From Nitrospirota bacterium (GTDB taxonomy: Bacteria; Nitrospirota; UBA9217), in assembly GCA_963840455.1 (NCBI GenBank), contig CAWIYV010000010.1, positions 416,001 through 480,000 of the forward strand: a stretch of DNA of 64,000 nt, read 5' to 3'. Made by a program: the position numbers and the translations under genes. Position 1 is the stretch's first letter. Every line of letters begins with the position of its first letter. The notes under the pieces are model-generated. The model saw only the letters and a list, made by a program, of their open reading frames with translations, was not told the DNA's origin and made no database searches. Below are positions 1-9,786 of this stretch, piece by piece.

Positions 1-287
1 ACTACCGCCCTGCTTTCCCGAACCTTTCCCAGAAACTCTGCGACTTTCACATGCTCAGGATGCCTCATATATAAGGAAAGGTCTTTCTCATCCTGAAACT
101 CTGAATAAATGGCGATGTCATACGCCGCATCGGACGGAATGCTGTTGATGCCGACCTCGAGACACCGGACCTGTGGTATCTTCTTGGCGAGGGCCTCCAG
201 CGCCTCCTTCGCCTTCCCGGCGTTCTCCGCCTTTCCCGCGCCTTCCGCATGTTCCTTCAGTTTGAACAGCACGATGTGTTTAAGCAT
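1..287 (-). CDS. Dabb family (stress-responsive A/B barrel) protein, runs off the window edge
   Basis: Manual translation from ATG at 287: MLKHIVLFKLKE...IPQVRCLEVGIN...YDIAIYSEF...YMRHPEHVKVAEF, matching the Dabb HIVLF and HPxH pattern. Not in the ORF track because it is truncated. Confidence 0.85.
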   Translation of the reverse strand, partial: MLKHIVLFKLKEHAEGAGKAENAGKAKEALEALAKKIPQVRCLEVGINSIPSDAAYDIAIYSEFQDEKDLSLYMRHPEHVKVAEFLGKVRESRAV

Positions 288-310
288 GTCAGCCGCCCCG
301 TTCCCTTCTG

Positions 311-742
311 CTATTCGAGAATCGATACCAGCTCGATGTCGAAGGTAAGGTCCCTCCCCGCCAGCGGATGGTTGGCATCGAGCGTGAGCGTCGAGTCGGT
401 CTTTCCGATGACCGTGACCAGCACGACCTCGTCGTTCTCCTGCGTGATCTCGAGCCGCTGACCGATCTGGGCGTCCAGATTTGGCGGCAAGTGTTTCCGT
501 TCCACCTCCACCACCGAGGCTTCTTGCCGCGGCCCGTACGCCTCGGCAACGGGGATCACCACCGTCTTCTTGTCGCCCGCTGCCATGCCCAGTACGGCCT
601 TCTCAAAGCCTGCGATCAACTGGCCCTTTCCGAGCGTGAACTGCAACGGATGCCGGTCAAGCGATGTATCGAAGATCGTCCCGTCATGCAGCTTCCCCGT
701 GTAGTTAACCTGAACCGTATCACCCTGCTTTACTTGTGCCAT
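311..742 (-). CDS. FKBP-type peptidyl-prolyl cis-trans isomerase (SlyD/FkpB-like, no His-rich tail)
   Basis: VQVNYTGKLHDGTIFDTS...PLQFTLGKGQLIAGFE...AYGP...DANHPLAGRDLTFDIEL. GGAGGAG RBS precedes ATG 742. Confidence 0.92.
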   Translation of the reverse strand: MAQVKQGDTVQVNYTGKLHDGTIFDTSLDRHPLQFTLGKGQLIAGFEKAVLGMAAGDKKTVVIPVAEAYGPRQEASVVEVERKHLPPNLDAQIGQRLEITQENDEVVLVTVIGKTDSTLTLDANHPLAGRDLTFDIELVSILE

Positions 743-902
743 GACTCCTCCTTGCAATGCTATTGCTTCCTGAATATCCGGTCGTTAAGGACGCTCTTGA
801 CATACTCATGCCCATCTGTGGCATATTGTCTCCGCTGTTAAAGACTCCTCATCCCACGCAGCAGTCCCCTGGCGGGCTATGAACAGTCCTTTTCGCAGAA
901 CG

Positions 903-1379
903 CTAAGGCTCTTGCTGACGTTCCTGTATGACCGCGTCGCTGCCCAGATAGGGTTCGAACAATTTCTTCAGCCGGGGAAGCTGATCGGCCAGCCAGATGA
1001 GCTGTTTCGAATTCTCCACGGTGACCCCGTCGCGCTCCTCTCCGATGGGAAGGTCGGTGCTCTTCAAACGGTCATTGGTGGCCCGCAGCTTCGAGGCCTG
1101 TGCATACAGCTTGTCGATATAATCCGTTATCTCCTGGCCGAAGAGGAATGCGCCTTCCTGGGTCTTTGCCCGGAACTCCTGCAGGCTTTGGCGAGAAATA
1201 TCCCCGTCGCGGGTGATGGTGCTGAGGAGCTGTACGATCTCCCGGTATATGCGCAGGCGATTTTCATACAGATCGCCGTTCGCTTGCGCTTTGTCCTTCC
1301 GATAATATTGATAGGCGATGTAGGTCGTGCTGGCCGCAATGACGAGCAGGAGAAGCGTATCAAGGATGTTCGTGACCAT
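903..1379 (-). CDS. Hypothetical protein with one N-terminal transmembrane helix
   Basis: Clean ORF in the same direction as its neighbours. Hydrophobic LLLLVIAASTTYIAY segment followed by a helical soluble domain. Confidence 0.65.
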   Translation of the reverse strand: MVTNILDTLLLLVIAASTTYIAYQYYRKDKAQANGDLYENRLRIYREIVQLLSTITRDGDISRQSLQEFRAKTQEGAFLFGQEITDYIDKLYAQASKLRATNDRLKSTDLPIGEERDGVTVENSKQLIWLADQLPRLKKLFEPYLGSDAVIQERQQEP

Positions 1380-1444
1380 GACCAAGCTCTGTCTTTCTCC
1401 GCAGAACACTGCGCCTGCCCGTGATCAGGCATGCGATGCCGCGG

Positions 1445-4400
1445 TTAGTTTTCCCTCTCGCACCATTCCCGGGCGTTCTGGAACATCCGGAGCCAGGGCG
1501 ACGCCGCAAGCGTCCTCTTCATCTGCTCCGGCATCCAGCCCCACTGCCAGGGGAGCACCACACGCTCGGGGTGCGGCATCATGGCAAGATGCCTGCCGTC
1601 AGGCGAGCACAGGCCCGCGATGCCTGCAGGTGAGCCATTGGGATTGAACGGGTAGTCTTCCGTGATCGCGCCGTTATCATCGACATAGCGGAGTGGAGCA
1701 AGACCGAACTCCGCTTCATTGTATATGTCTTTCTCGGGAAAATAGGCCATACCCTCACCATGGGCGACCCAGATGCCGAGCGCCGAGTTCTCCATGCCTT
1801 GGAACATGATGGCCGGGCTCTTCAGGACCTTCACGGTGGAAAAGCGGGACTCGAAGCGGCCGGACCGGTTGTGGATGAAGCGCGGCTGCAGCTCGTCGGC
1901 AATGCCCCGCCACGGCACCCAGCCGAGCAGCGCCATGAGCTGGCAACCGTTGCACACGCCGAGACTGAAGGTGTCGGGCCGGTGATAGAAGCGCTCGAAC
2001 TGTTCCCAGACCTTCTTGTTGAACCGTATGCTCGCCGCCCATCCCTTCGCCGAATCGAGCACGTCGGCGTAGCTGAACCCGCCGACGAACACCACGCCGC
2101 GGAATCCGTCGAGCGTCGCCCGGCCTTCGAGAAGGTCCGTCATCATCACGTCCCAAGGCTCGAAGCCCGCGAGGGCGAAGGCCGAGACCATCTCGCGGTC
2201 GCCGTTGCTCCCCTCTTCCCGGATCACCGCGACCTTCGGCTTGTCCTTCCGCGCGAGCGCGGACGCAGGCGTCGGCTCAGGTTTGAAGGGAACGATAAAC
2301 TGCGGTCCTTTCCGGTCATAGTTATTCTTCCGTTCTTCGCGGATGCTGTCCGGGTTCCGCTGGAACAGGTCGAGGCGGTGGCTCGTCTCTTCCCAGATGT
2401 CGCGAAGCACGCGCATGTCCTCGTCGAGCACGCTCTTCCAGCCCAGGTCCACCTTGATGCGCTTCTCCTGCACGGTCTTTCCGATCATAAAGAACGGCAC
2501 CTCGGCGCTGCTCAGGACCCGAAAGATCGCAGCTTCGCATGTCGGCAGGTATTCAACGACCAGCCCGGCTTCTTCGGAGAAGAGCGTCGCGATCGGATCG
2601 CTGCTGTGAACGCTCTCGCTCGGCAGGTTGATGTCGATGCCGCAGTTCCCGGAGAAGGACATCTCGAGCAGCGTCGTGATGATGCCCCCGTCGGAGCGGT
2701 CGTGGCCGGCGAGAATGAGGCGCTTGCTGATCAGCTTCTGTACAGCATTGAAACCGCGCTTCAGCAGTTCGGCGTCCTCGATGTCCGGCGACTCGTTCCC
2801 TGTCTGGCCGAAGACTTGCGCCAGGGCCGAGCCGCCAAGGCGGTTCTTGCCGCTCGAGAGATCGATGAACAGAAGATTGCTCCGTCCCGGCATCTTGAGG
2901 TCAGGCGTGACCGTCTTGGTAATGTCGGGGCAGGTGACGTAGGCGGAGATGACGAGCGTGCCCGGTGACTTCACCGTTTCGTGCGATCCGTCGGCGTTCG
3001 TCACTTTCGCTGCCATCGAAAGACTGTCCTTCCCGCCGTCGACCGCGATGCCGAGCTTGATCATGATGTCCCGCATGGCGACGGCGGCATCATACAACCG
3101 GCTGCCTTCGCCCGGGAGCTTGGGCGCCCACATCCAGTTGCCGGAGCATCGGATGTCCCCGAGCCCGCTCACTTCGGCCCAGATAATGTTCGTAAGCGCT
3201 TCGGCGATGCTCATCCTTGCCATGGCAGCCGGGTCGAGTAGCTCCTTCACCGGCTGCTCGCCGATGGAACAGGCTGCACCGGTGGTGCCGAAGTGGGACT
3301 GGGCGATGACCGCGACGTCGGACACGGTAAGCTGCAAGGGGCCTGCGCACTGCTGACGCGCGATGAGGCCGGTCACGGACCGGTCGACCTTGTTCGTAAG
3401 AAAGCGTTTCGATCCGACCGAAAGAAGCCTCAGCACACGGTCAAGGGCCTTCCTGACTGTCAGATCAGGGGGAAGTTCAAGTGGCTTGAGCGCTGATTTC
3501 CTGCGGTCGAGCGTGAAGGTCTTTTGCGGCATGTCGCCCAGCACTTTCGACAGCTCGAGGTTCACCGGCGTGGAACCGTCGCTCGCGTCATGAAGAACGA
3601 TATAGCCGTCGCCGGTTACCTGGCCGATGAACGCTACCGGCACCTTCTCCCGCGTACAGAGATCCTCAAAGAGCGGCGCATGCTCCGGCTTCAGCAGCAG
3701 CGCGTTCTGCTCCTGGTATTCGGCGCCCCAGATCTCGAGCGCCGACAGGGTCTCATCACCCACCTGGATCTTCCGGATCTCGATCTTCGCGCCGGCAGGG
3801 TGAACGATCTCTTTCACCACGTTGCAGTTCCCGCCCGCACCCTGGTCGTGGATGCTCACAATCGGGTTCTTCTCGCCCAATTCCACGCAGGCTCGGATCA
3901 CGCGGTTCATCTTTTGCTCCATCTCGGCGTCGCCGCGCTGGACAGCGTTGAAGTCGAGCTCCGCTATATTCTCGCCCTGGATCATGGACGAAGCAGCACC
4001 ACCGCCCATACCGATGCGGTAGGCGGGGCCGCCCACCTTGACCACGAGCATCCCCTTCTGGGGCTCCGATTTCGACCTGTGGCGGCTGTCCATCTGGCCG
4101 ATGCCGCCGCTGAACATGATCGGCTTGAGCCACTCGCGCCGCTCGCCGTCGGGGAGACGCAAGCCGAAGGACCGCGTGAACCCCTGAATGAGCGGCTCAC
4201 CGAACTTGTTGCCGTAGTCAGACGCACCATTGCTCGCCTCAACCTCGATCTGAAGCGGCGACGCGAGGTTCGAGGGATACACGAAGGACGCGTCCTCCCA
4301 TGGCAACTCGTACCCCGGAATGCGGAGGTTCCCGACACAGTAGGCGGCCGTGCCGGCCACGACAAGTCCGCCGATACCCGTGGCCTGCACGTCGCGGATG

Positions 4401-5398
4401 CGGCCGCCGGTCCCGGTCTCGGCGCCCGGGAAGGGGGCCACGCCCGAGGGGAAATTGTGCGTCTCGGCGGTGAAAATGATGTCGTGCCTTCGCTTCGCTT
4501 TCTTAAAAGGAGACGGGCTACCGGGGGTCTCAGGGATTATCGTGGTAATATCGTAGCCCCGGATGGAGCTTGAATTATCGCTGAAGGCGATGATGCTGTT
4601 GTTCCGGTTCGCCTCGTACGTCGCCTTCACGATCTTCATCAGCGTCTCGGGGACCTCCCTGCCGTCCACAATGAGCTTGCCGCGGAAGAACCAGTGGCGC
4701 GAGTGCTCGCTGTTCGACTGGGAAAGATCGAAGCACTCCACATTGGTGGGATTCCGCCCGATGTCCTTCACAAAGAGACTGGTATAGTAATCAAGGTCCC
4801 AGTCATCCATGCCCAGCCCCATAGCGCGATTGATCTTCTCGAGCGCCGGCCTGCCTTCTTCCATGAGCGGGATAACGCGGACCGGCTCAGGATTCACGCC
4901 GGTCTCAAAGGTTGTGAGCGGCTCCGGATAGGGGCACTCGGTCATGCGGTCGTGTACCAGCGACAGGAATGCGGCCCGCTGCCCCCGGCTCAGCGCCACC
5001 TTCCCAGCAAGGACCAGCACATAGCGGCGCGAGCGCTCGATGCGCGTGATCTTCCTGAGCCCGCAGGCATGGCAGACGGACACAGCGTTCGTGGACCAGG
5101 CCGTGGTGAAGCTCATGCGAGGACCGACCTCGAACAGGATGTACGGCCGCGGGTGAGAGGCATCGGCAGCGAGAAAGCTCCTTGCCGAGAACTTCTCCGG
5201 TTCGAAGGTCTCGGCAAGGAGCCACCGGAGGAGAAGCATCTCATCCGCGGACAGCGATGATAACGCGGCAATGTTATAGCAGAACTCGGTCTCGATGCCA
5301 TGGACGCCGCGAAAGACCTCCTGCCGCACGGCATGGAGGAGGCCGTCGGTCTGGAACGAGGAGAGTGCAGGGGTGCGGTAGAGACGAAAGAGGACCAT
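1445..5398 (-). CDS. purL: Phosphoribosylformylglycinamidine synthase, large single-chain type (fused PurS/PurL/PurQ)
   Basis: SNSEHSRH, AETHNFP, GAETGTGGRIRD, HDQGAGGN, GGFSYADVL, GVCNGCQ (catalytic Cys) and MMPHPER motifs. Confidence 0.97.
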   Translation of the reverse strand: MVLFRLYRTPALSSFQTDGLLHAVRQEVFRGVHGIETEFCYNIAALSSLSADEMLLLRWLLAETFEPEKFSARSFLAADASHPRPYILFEVGPRMSFTTAWSTNAVSVCHACGLRKITRIERSRRYVLVLAGKVALSRGQRAAFLSLVHDRMTECPYPEPLTTFETGVNPEPVRVIPLMEEGRPALEKINRAMGLGMDDWDLDYYTSLFVKDIGRNPTNVECFDLSQSNSEHSRHWFFRGKLIVDGREVPETLMKIVKATYEANRNNSIIAFSDNSSSIRGYDITTIIPETPGSPSPFKKAKRRHDIIFTAETHNFPSGVAPFPGAETGTGGRIRDVQATGIGGLVVAGTAAYCVGNLRIPGYELPWEDASFVYPSNLASPLQIEVEASNGASDYGNKFGEPLIQGFTRSFGLRLPDGERREWLKPIMFSGGIGQMDSRHRSKSEPQKGMLVVKVGGPAYRIGMGGGAASSMIQGENIAELDFNAVQRGDAEMEQKMNRVIRACVELGEKNPIVSIHDQGAGGNCNVVKEIVHPAGAKIEIRKIQVGDETLSALEIWGAEYQEQNALLLKPEHAPLFEDLCTREKVPVAFIGQVTGDGYIVLHDASDGSTPVNLELSKVLGDMPQKTFTLDRRKSALKPLELPPDLTVRKALDRVLRLLSVGSKRFLTNKVDRSVTGLIARQQCAGPLQLTVSDVAVIAQSHFGTTGAACSIGEQPVKELLDPAAMARMSIAEALTNIIWAEVSGLGDIRCSGNWMWAPKLPGEGSRLYDAAVAMRDIMIKLGIAVDGGKDSLSMAAKVTNADGSHETVKSPGTLVISAYVTCPDITKTVTPDLKMPGRSNLLFIDLSSGKNRLGGSALAQVFGQTGNESPDIEDAELLKRGFNAVQKLISKRLILAGHDRSDGGIITTLLEMSFSGNCGIDINLPSESVHSSDPIATLFSEEAGLVVEYLPTCEAAIFRVLSSAEVPFFMIGKTVQEKRIKVDLGWKSVLDEDMRVLRDIWEETSHRLDLFQRNPDSIREERKNNYDRKGPQFIVPFKPEPTPASALARKDKPKVAVIREEGSNGDREMVSAFALAGFEPWDVMMTDLLEGRATLDGFRGVVFVGGFSYADVLDSAKGWAASIRFNKKVWEQFERFYHRPDTFSLGVCNGCQLMALLGWVPWRGIADELQPRFIHNRSGRFESRFSTVKVLKSPAIMFQGMENSALGIWVAHGEGMAYFPEKDIYNEAEFGLAPLRYVDDNGAITEDYPFNPNGSPAGIAGLCSPDGRHLAMMPHPERVVLPWQWGWMPEQMKRTLAASPWLRMFQNAREWCEREN

Positions 5399-5514
5399 AT
5401 TTATCTTAATACCAAGGCCCGGGATGTGCCGTGCGAGCACCTGGTACGAGAGGGGGCCATGGTGTCATCCTGGAAACCATGCTCTGCTGCCGCAAGTGTT
5501 CGATCTAGCTGAGG

Positions 5515-5916
5515 TTACTTCCGTTCGGCCAGGGAGACGACCTTCTGATCGGATGATTTTTTCTGGCTGGCCATCTCGCACTTGCCGTCGAAAGTCACGC
5601 CTTCTTCGATAATGAGATTCGGGGTCTTGATGTTCCCTTCGATGATGCCCGGAGCGAGGATATGCACTCTCTGGCTCGCATTGACGTTGCCGACGATCTT
5701 CCCGCTCGAGATGATCGTCCCGATGCTGATCTCGCCCTGGAGGTGGGCCTCGTCGCCGGCGATCAAGGTGTCCTTCGAGAGGACTTCTCCTTCCACCCTG
5801 CCGTCGACCCGGATGGTCCCCTCGAAACTGAGCACGCCCTTGAACTCGGTGCCCTTGCCGAGGAACGCGGTGATCTCCGCATGTTCCGCTGATACGCCCG
5901 AAGCTTTTTTCAACAT
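5515..5916 (-). CDS. Bactofilin (polymer-forming cytoskeletal protein, CcmA family)
   Basis: TAFLGKGTEFKGVLSFEGTIRVDGRVEGEV...IEGNIKTPNLIIEEGVTFDGKCEM beta-helix pattern. Confidence 0.93.
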   Translation of the reverse strand: MLKKASGVSAEHAEITAFLGKGTEFKGVLSFEGTIRVDGRVEGEVLSKDTLIAGDEAHLQGEISIGTIISSGKIVGNVNASQRVHILAPGIIEGNIKTPNLIIEEGVTFDGKCEMASQKKSSDQKVVSLAERK

Positions 5917-5956
5917 GGATGAATCCTCCTCAGGAAATTCTTAGAAAGATCTTCGT

Positions 5957-6040
5957 CACAGAGGTCACCGAGAGCACAGAGAAGAGCCATTGCAAAAACC
6001 CCTCTCGTCTCCCTTCGTGTCCTCCGTGTGCTCTATGGTA
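5957..6040. repeat. Imperfect short-unit tandem/inverted repeat (CACAGAG...CTCCGTGTG type) in an intergenic region
   Basis: CACAGAGGTCACCGAGAGCACAGAGA faces CTTCGTGTCCTCCGTGTGCTCTATGG. A similar element lies at about 31508-31573. Confidence 0.55.
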
Positions 6041-6056
6041 CTATCTTGATCGATAC

Positions 6057-6902
6057 TTACCCGATCGTTTCCAGGATGCGCTCCAGCTCTTCGTTGGAAT
6101 AGTACTCGATGATGATCTTCCCGCCCTTGGCCTTGGCTGCGATGCTCACCTTCGTGCCGAGGGATTTTCTCAGCCGATCCTCAATAGCCTTGAACTCGGC
6201 TCCCGCTCGCGCCTTCTTCTCCTTCACCGGATTCTTGAGCCGGGCCGCAAGCGCCTCGGCCTCACGGACCGAGAGCGCCTTCTTCACGATCTGGTTCGCT
6301 GCGAACATCTGGTCGCGCAGCCGTTCAAGGGAAAGGAGGGCCTTGGCATGACCCATATTGAGCGTGCCCGCTGCCAGGTGCTGTTTTATCTCCTTCGGCA
6401 GTCCGAGAAGCCGCAGGAAGTTGGTGATCGTGGAGCGCTCCTTGCCCACGCGCTTTGCGAGGTCCTCCTGGGTCAGCTTGTATTCGTCTTGGAGCTGCTT
6501 GAACGCTTCCGCTGCTTCGAGCGGGTTCAGGTCCTCGCGCTGGATGTTCTCGATGAGGGCCTGCTCGATGAGCTCCCGCTTGCTGGCCTCCCGGACCAGC
6601 GCCGGGACCGTCTTAAGGCCGGCAAGTCGCGCAGCACGCCAGCGGCGCTCGCCGGCGATGAGGCCGAAGTTCGTGCCGATGCGGTGCACGATGATCGGCT
6701 GGATGACGCCCTGAATTTTGATCGACGCGGCAAGTTCCTTGAGTTTCTCGTCGTTGAACACCTTCCGGGGCTGATATTCGTTCGGGACCAGCTTGTCCAG
6801 CTCGATCTCCAGGATGCCGAGGGATTTCCGCTCTTTTTCATCAAGGGCAGAAAGGTCGGGGATCAGCGCGCCGAGCCCCTTACCGAGCGCCTGTTTTTGC
6901 AT
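6057..6902 (-). CDS. parB: Chromosome partitioning protein ParB/Spo0J
   Basis: ALGKGLGALI, PNEYQPR, IAGERRWRA, ENIQREDLNPLE and an HTH region. Confidence 0.97.
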   Translation of the reverse strand: MQKQALGKGLGALIPDLSALDEKERKSLGILEIELDKLVPNEYQPRKVFNDEKLKELAASIKIQGVIQPIIVHRIGTNFGLIAGERRWRAARLAGLKTVPALVREASKRELIEQALIENIQREDLNPLEAAEAFKQLQDEYKLTQEDLAKRVGKERSTITNFLRLLGLPKEIKQHLAAGTLNMGHAKALLSLERLRDQMFAANQIVKKALSVREAEALAARLKNPVKEKKARAGAEFKAIEDRLRKSLGTKVSIAAKAKGGKIIIEYYSNEELERILETIG

Positions 6903-7656
6903 GGCTCAGAACCTCCCTTGCGAGATCGAGATAGCTCTGCGCACCTTTCGAGCGTATATCATAGAGAATGACGGGTTTGCCATGGCTGGGTGCTTCGCTC
7001 AACGTCACATTCCGGTTGATCACCGTATTGTAGACCTTGCTGCCGAAATACTTGCGCACCTCGCTGGCTACCTGGTCCGCGAGATTGTTCCGACTGTCGT
7101 ACATGGTCAGGAGCACGCCTTCGACGACCAGCTCCGGGTTCAGATCCTGCTTGATGAGCTTCACGGTGTTCATGAGCGCTGACAATCCCTCGAGTGCATA
7201 GTACTCGCACTGGACCGGGATCAGTACCCCGTCGGCCGCGGTCAGGGCGTTCACCGTCAACAGACCTAGCGATGGCGGGCAGTCTATGAAGATGTAATCG
7301 TAACTGTTTCGATACGGTTGGAGCGCCTTCTTGAGCACCCGCTCGCGGGAGATCATCTGGATAAGCTCGACCTCCACCCCGACGAGGTCGATCCGGGAAG
7401 GAACGACCTCGAGCCAGGAAAAATGCGTCGCCTTTTTAATCTCTTCAAGGGAACGCTTGCCGGTAAACAGGTCGTACGTGCTACCGACCACGTCCTGCCG
7501 GTCGATCCCCATTCCGCTTGTGGAATTGCCCTGGGGGTCGGAGTCGATGAGCAATACCTTCTTTTCCGCTGCGGCAAGCGAAGCGGCGATGTTCACTGCG
7601 GTCGTCGTCTTGCCGACACCGCCCTTTTGATTGGCAATGGCAATGACCCTGCCCAT
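6880..7656 (-). CDS. parA: Chromosome partitioning ATPase ParA/Soj
   Basis: IANQKGGVGKTT, DSDPQGN, DCPPSLG, PVQCEYYALEG and LSEAPSHG. Confidence 0.97.
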   Translation of the reverse strand: MGRVIAIANQKGGVGKTTTAVNIAASLAAAEKKVLLIDSDPQGNSTSGMGIDRQDVVGSTYDLFTGKRSLEEIKKATHFSWLEVVPSRIDLVGVEVELIQMISRERVLKKALQPYRNSYDYIFIDCPPSLGLLTVNALTAADGVLIPVQCEYYALEGLSALMNTVKLIKQDLNPELVVEGVLLTMYDSRNNLADQVASEVRKYFGSKVYNTVINRNVTLSEAPSHGKPVILYDIRSKGAQSYLDLAREVLSHAKTGAR

Positions 7657-7953
7657 GAAACCTCCGGCACAGCCTTTAAAAAAACCGGGTTACTTTACCA
7701 TAGGAGGAGGATAAAAGGAAGAAAAAATTCATCTTATCGCTTCGAATGGGACCAAAATGAAGAGAGGAATATTCTTAGTATTTTGAATGAATAAAGGTCA
7801 GAGAAAGGGTCGCTGAGACGTTCAGTCCTGCTTATTTGGATGAACCACGGTATCAGCTTATTGGGCGTCCTTCGTCATGATTGCGGTGTCCGCTGTGGTT
7901 AAAACAAACTGGAATTTCCATTACCTGTCGTGCGCGCAGCTCAGCGCCTCCGA

Positions 7954-7969
7954 TGTTCCACGTGGAACA
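7954..7969. promoter_or_regulatory. parS centromere-like site
   Basis: Perfect palindrome TGTTCCACGTGGAACA matching the parS consensus, located beside parAB. Confidence 0.93.
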
Positions 7970-9037
7970 TTACCACTGTCCCAGCTCGCTCCCTGCGGGA
8001 TTGACCCGGAGCGATCCCAGAGCTATATGCCGGACCGCGGCCACATCCCGGAGCGGGGTTATGACGCGCAGGATCAGCTCTTTCAAATCCAACTCCCGGA
8101 CAATGCCCAGTCCGAGGCAAAGGTTCCCGTCATCGCTTAGGCCGACCAGAAGATAGTCGAGCTCGGACCTCTTTACGACAGAGATCTCCCTGACGCCGTA
8201 CCGCTCTCTCGCCGTGTACTGCTCCTCCTCCGAGTAGTCTCCATCGGTGATCACGAACAGCCGGTCTGCTGAAAGCTCGGCATGGACCACGATGCTATTC
8301 AGGACCTTTGACAGATGGTTGATATCCCGGAACCCCAGCCGCTCCCCGGTCCCGAGTCCGGGGCCGTGAACACCCATGTCGCTCAATGCGATATCCTGGA
8401 ACTCGGCGCCGCGAAAATACTCCTTAAACCTTTGCTCGCGGCCAGCCTTGCGCGCCTCACTGGTCGAGATCCGGGCGTCAGGCGAGACTGGCAGCCGCAG
8501 GATCAGCAAACCAGCCCGGTGCGAGTGCGGCGAGACCAGGTGCTCGACCTCGTTCTTCTGCTCGATGGCGACAACATAGCGCGGCGCGATCATGTCGATC
8601 TCGTGATACTTGAGCTCCCGGGCAGCACCTCCGTTCACCAGGCCGCAGGTATTGATGATGACCAAATCTGGAGCAAGGGACAGCGCCCGGTTATAGAGCT
8701 TCTGAATGGCCGTGACCGCGTCGAGGAGATGGCCGACCGGGCTTGTGTTGCCGATAAAGCCCATGACGAGCGGCGCCTTCCGCTTGAGCAGTTCACCGGC
8801 GTCCGCGTAAAGGCCGAGCGAGTAAGCCGCAGGCGGGCCGATGAACGGCTGGCCGGGATCAGCATCAATCCAGGCAACACGCCTGCCCAGCCTGCAGAAA
8901 TATCCTGCAAGGTACAGGCAAAACGTGGTCTTGCCAGAACCTGGCGCGCCGATGACCATGACCGGACCGCCCTGGGCAGCGATCTCCTCTGCCGACGCCC
9001 GCCATTCAGGCGGGATATGGAATGTACTTTCTGACAT
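7970..9037 (-). CDS. Clp1/Grc3(Nol9)-family polynucleotide 5'-hydroxyl kinase
   Basis: Walker A GAPGSGKTT, Walker B IDADPGQ, clasp-like INTCG, lid-like EARKAGREQRF and a C-terminal CLGLGIV segment typical of prokaryotic Clp1. Confidence 0.85.
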   Translation of the reverse strand: MSESTFHIPPEWRASAEEIAAQGGPVMVIGAPGSGKTTFCLYLAGYFCRLGRRVAWIDADPGQPFIGPPAAYSLGLYADAGELLKRKAPLVMGFIGNTSPVGHLLDAVTAIQKLYNRALSLAPDLVIINTCGLVNGGAARELKYHEIDMIAPRYVVAIEQKNEVEHLVSPHSHRAGLLILRLPVSPDARISTSEARKAGREQRFKEYFRGAEFQDIALSDMGVHGPGLGTGERLGFRDINHLSKVLNSIVVHAELSADRLFVITDGDYSEEEQYTARERYGVREISVVKRSELDYLLVGLSDDGNLCLGLGIVRELDLKELILRVITPLRDVAAVRHIALGSLRVNPAGSELGQW

Positions 9038-9125
9038 GTGCGTATTCGGAATCCGGAATCCCGGGACCAAAAGAAAATCTTGTGCCTTGGTCGCTCTTCT
9101 GACTCCTGACTCCAGTTATATTAAT

Positions 9126-9141
9126 TGTTCCACGTGGAACA
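9126..9141. promoter_or_regulatory. parS centromere-like site
   Basis: Second perfect TGTTCCACGTGGAACA, directly after the rsmG stop codon. Confidence 0.93.
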
Positions 9142-9786
9142 TCAGTCCTTCTTCTGAAACACCCAGAGTGCGCGGGGGTCGCCGGAGCCCGGGAGGATTA
9201 TTTCGTGCTGCGCCTTGACCAGCATGCCTTGCTCCGCAACCGTATCATCGCTGACCGTTTCGGCAGGTCCCCTGCTCAGAATCATGAGCCCGCCCGGCTT
9301 CAGGAAGAGAGATCCCTCCTTGAGAGCAGTTCCCATGTCTGCAAAGGCCCGGGCCGTTACGACGTTATACCTCGCATGATGCTCCGGGAGGAGTGCGTCT
9401 GTCCTAGCATCGAGGACCTCCACACCTTCAAGCCGGAGGGTCCTGATGATATGCCGGAGAAAGGTCCCTTTCTTCCGGACCGACTCCACCATGATCACCG
9501 AAAGGGCAGGAGCAGCGATCTTGATGGGCAGGGCCGGGAAGCCTGCACCGGAACCCATGTCGAGCAGCGTCATGCCCGGCCTTGGTTTGAAGCCCCTCAG
9601 ATAGGAGAAAGAATCGATGAAGTGCTTGGTGACGATCTCTCGCCCATCGCGGATGGCGGTCAGATTGAACTTCCGGTTCCACTTTTCGAGCTCAACAAGG
9701 TAGACCATGCATGCATCAGCCTGCTCGTCGGTCAGGCCGAGCCCGAACGCGGCTGCTCCAGCAATGAGGGTCCTCCGGAGCGTCAT
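9142..9786 (-). CDS. rsmG: 16S rRNA (guanine527-N7)-methyltransferase
   Basis: KWNRKFNLTAI, HFIDS, DMGSGAGFP and TARAF. Follows mnmG. Confidence 0.95.
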   Translation of the reverse strand: MTLRRTLIAGAAAFGLGLTDEQADACMVYLVELEKWNRKFNLTAIRDGREIVTKHFIDSFSYLRGFKPRPGMTLLDMGSGAGFPALPIKIAAPALSVIMVESVRKKGTFLRHIIRTLRLEGVEVLDARTDALLPEHHARYNVVTARAFADMGTALKEGSLFLKPGGLMILSRGPAETVSDDTVAEQGMLVKAQHEIILPGSGDPRALWVFQKKD

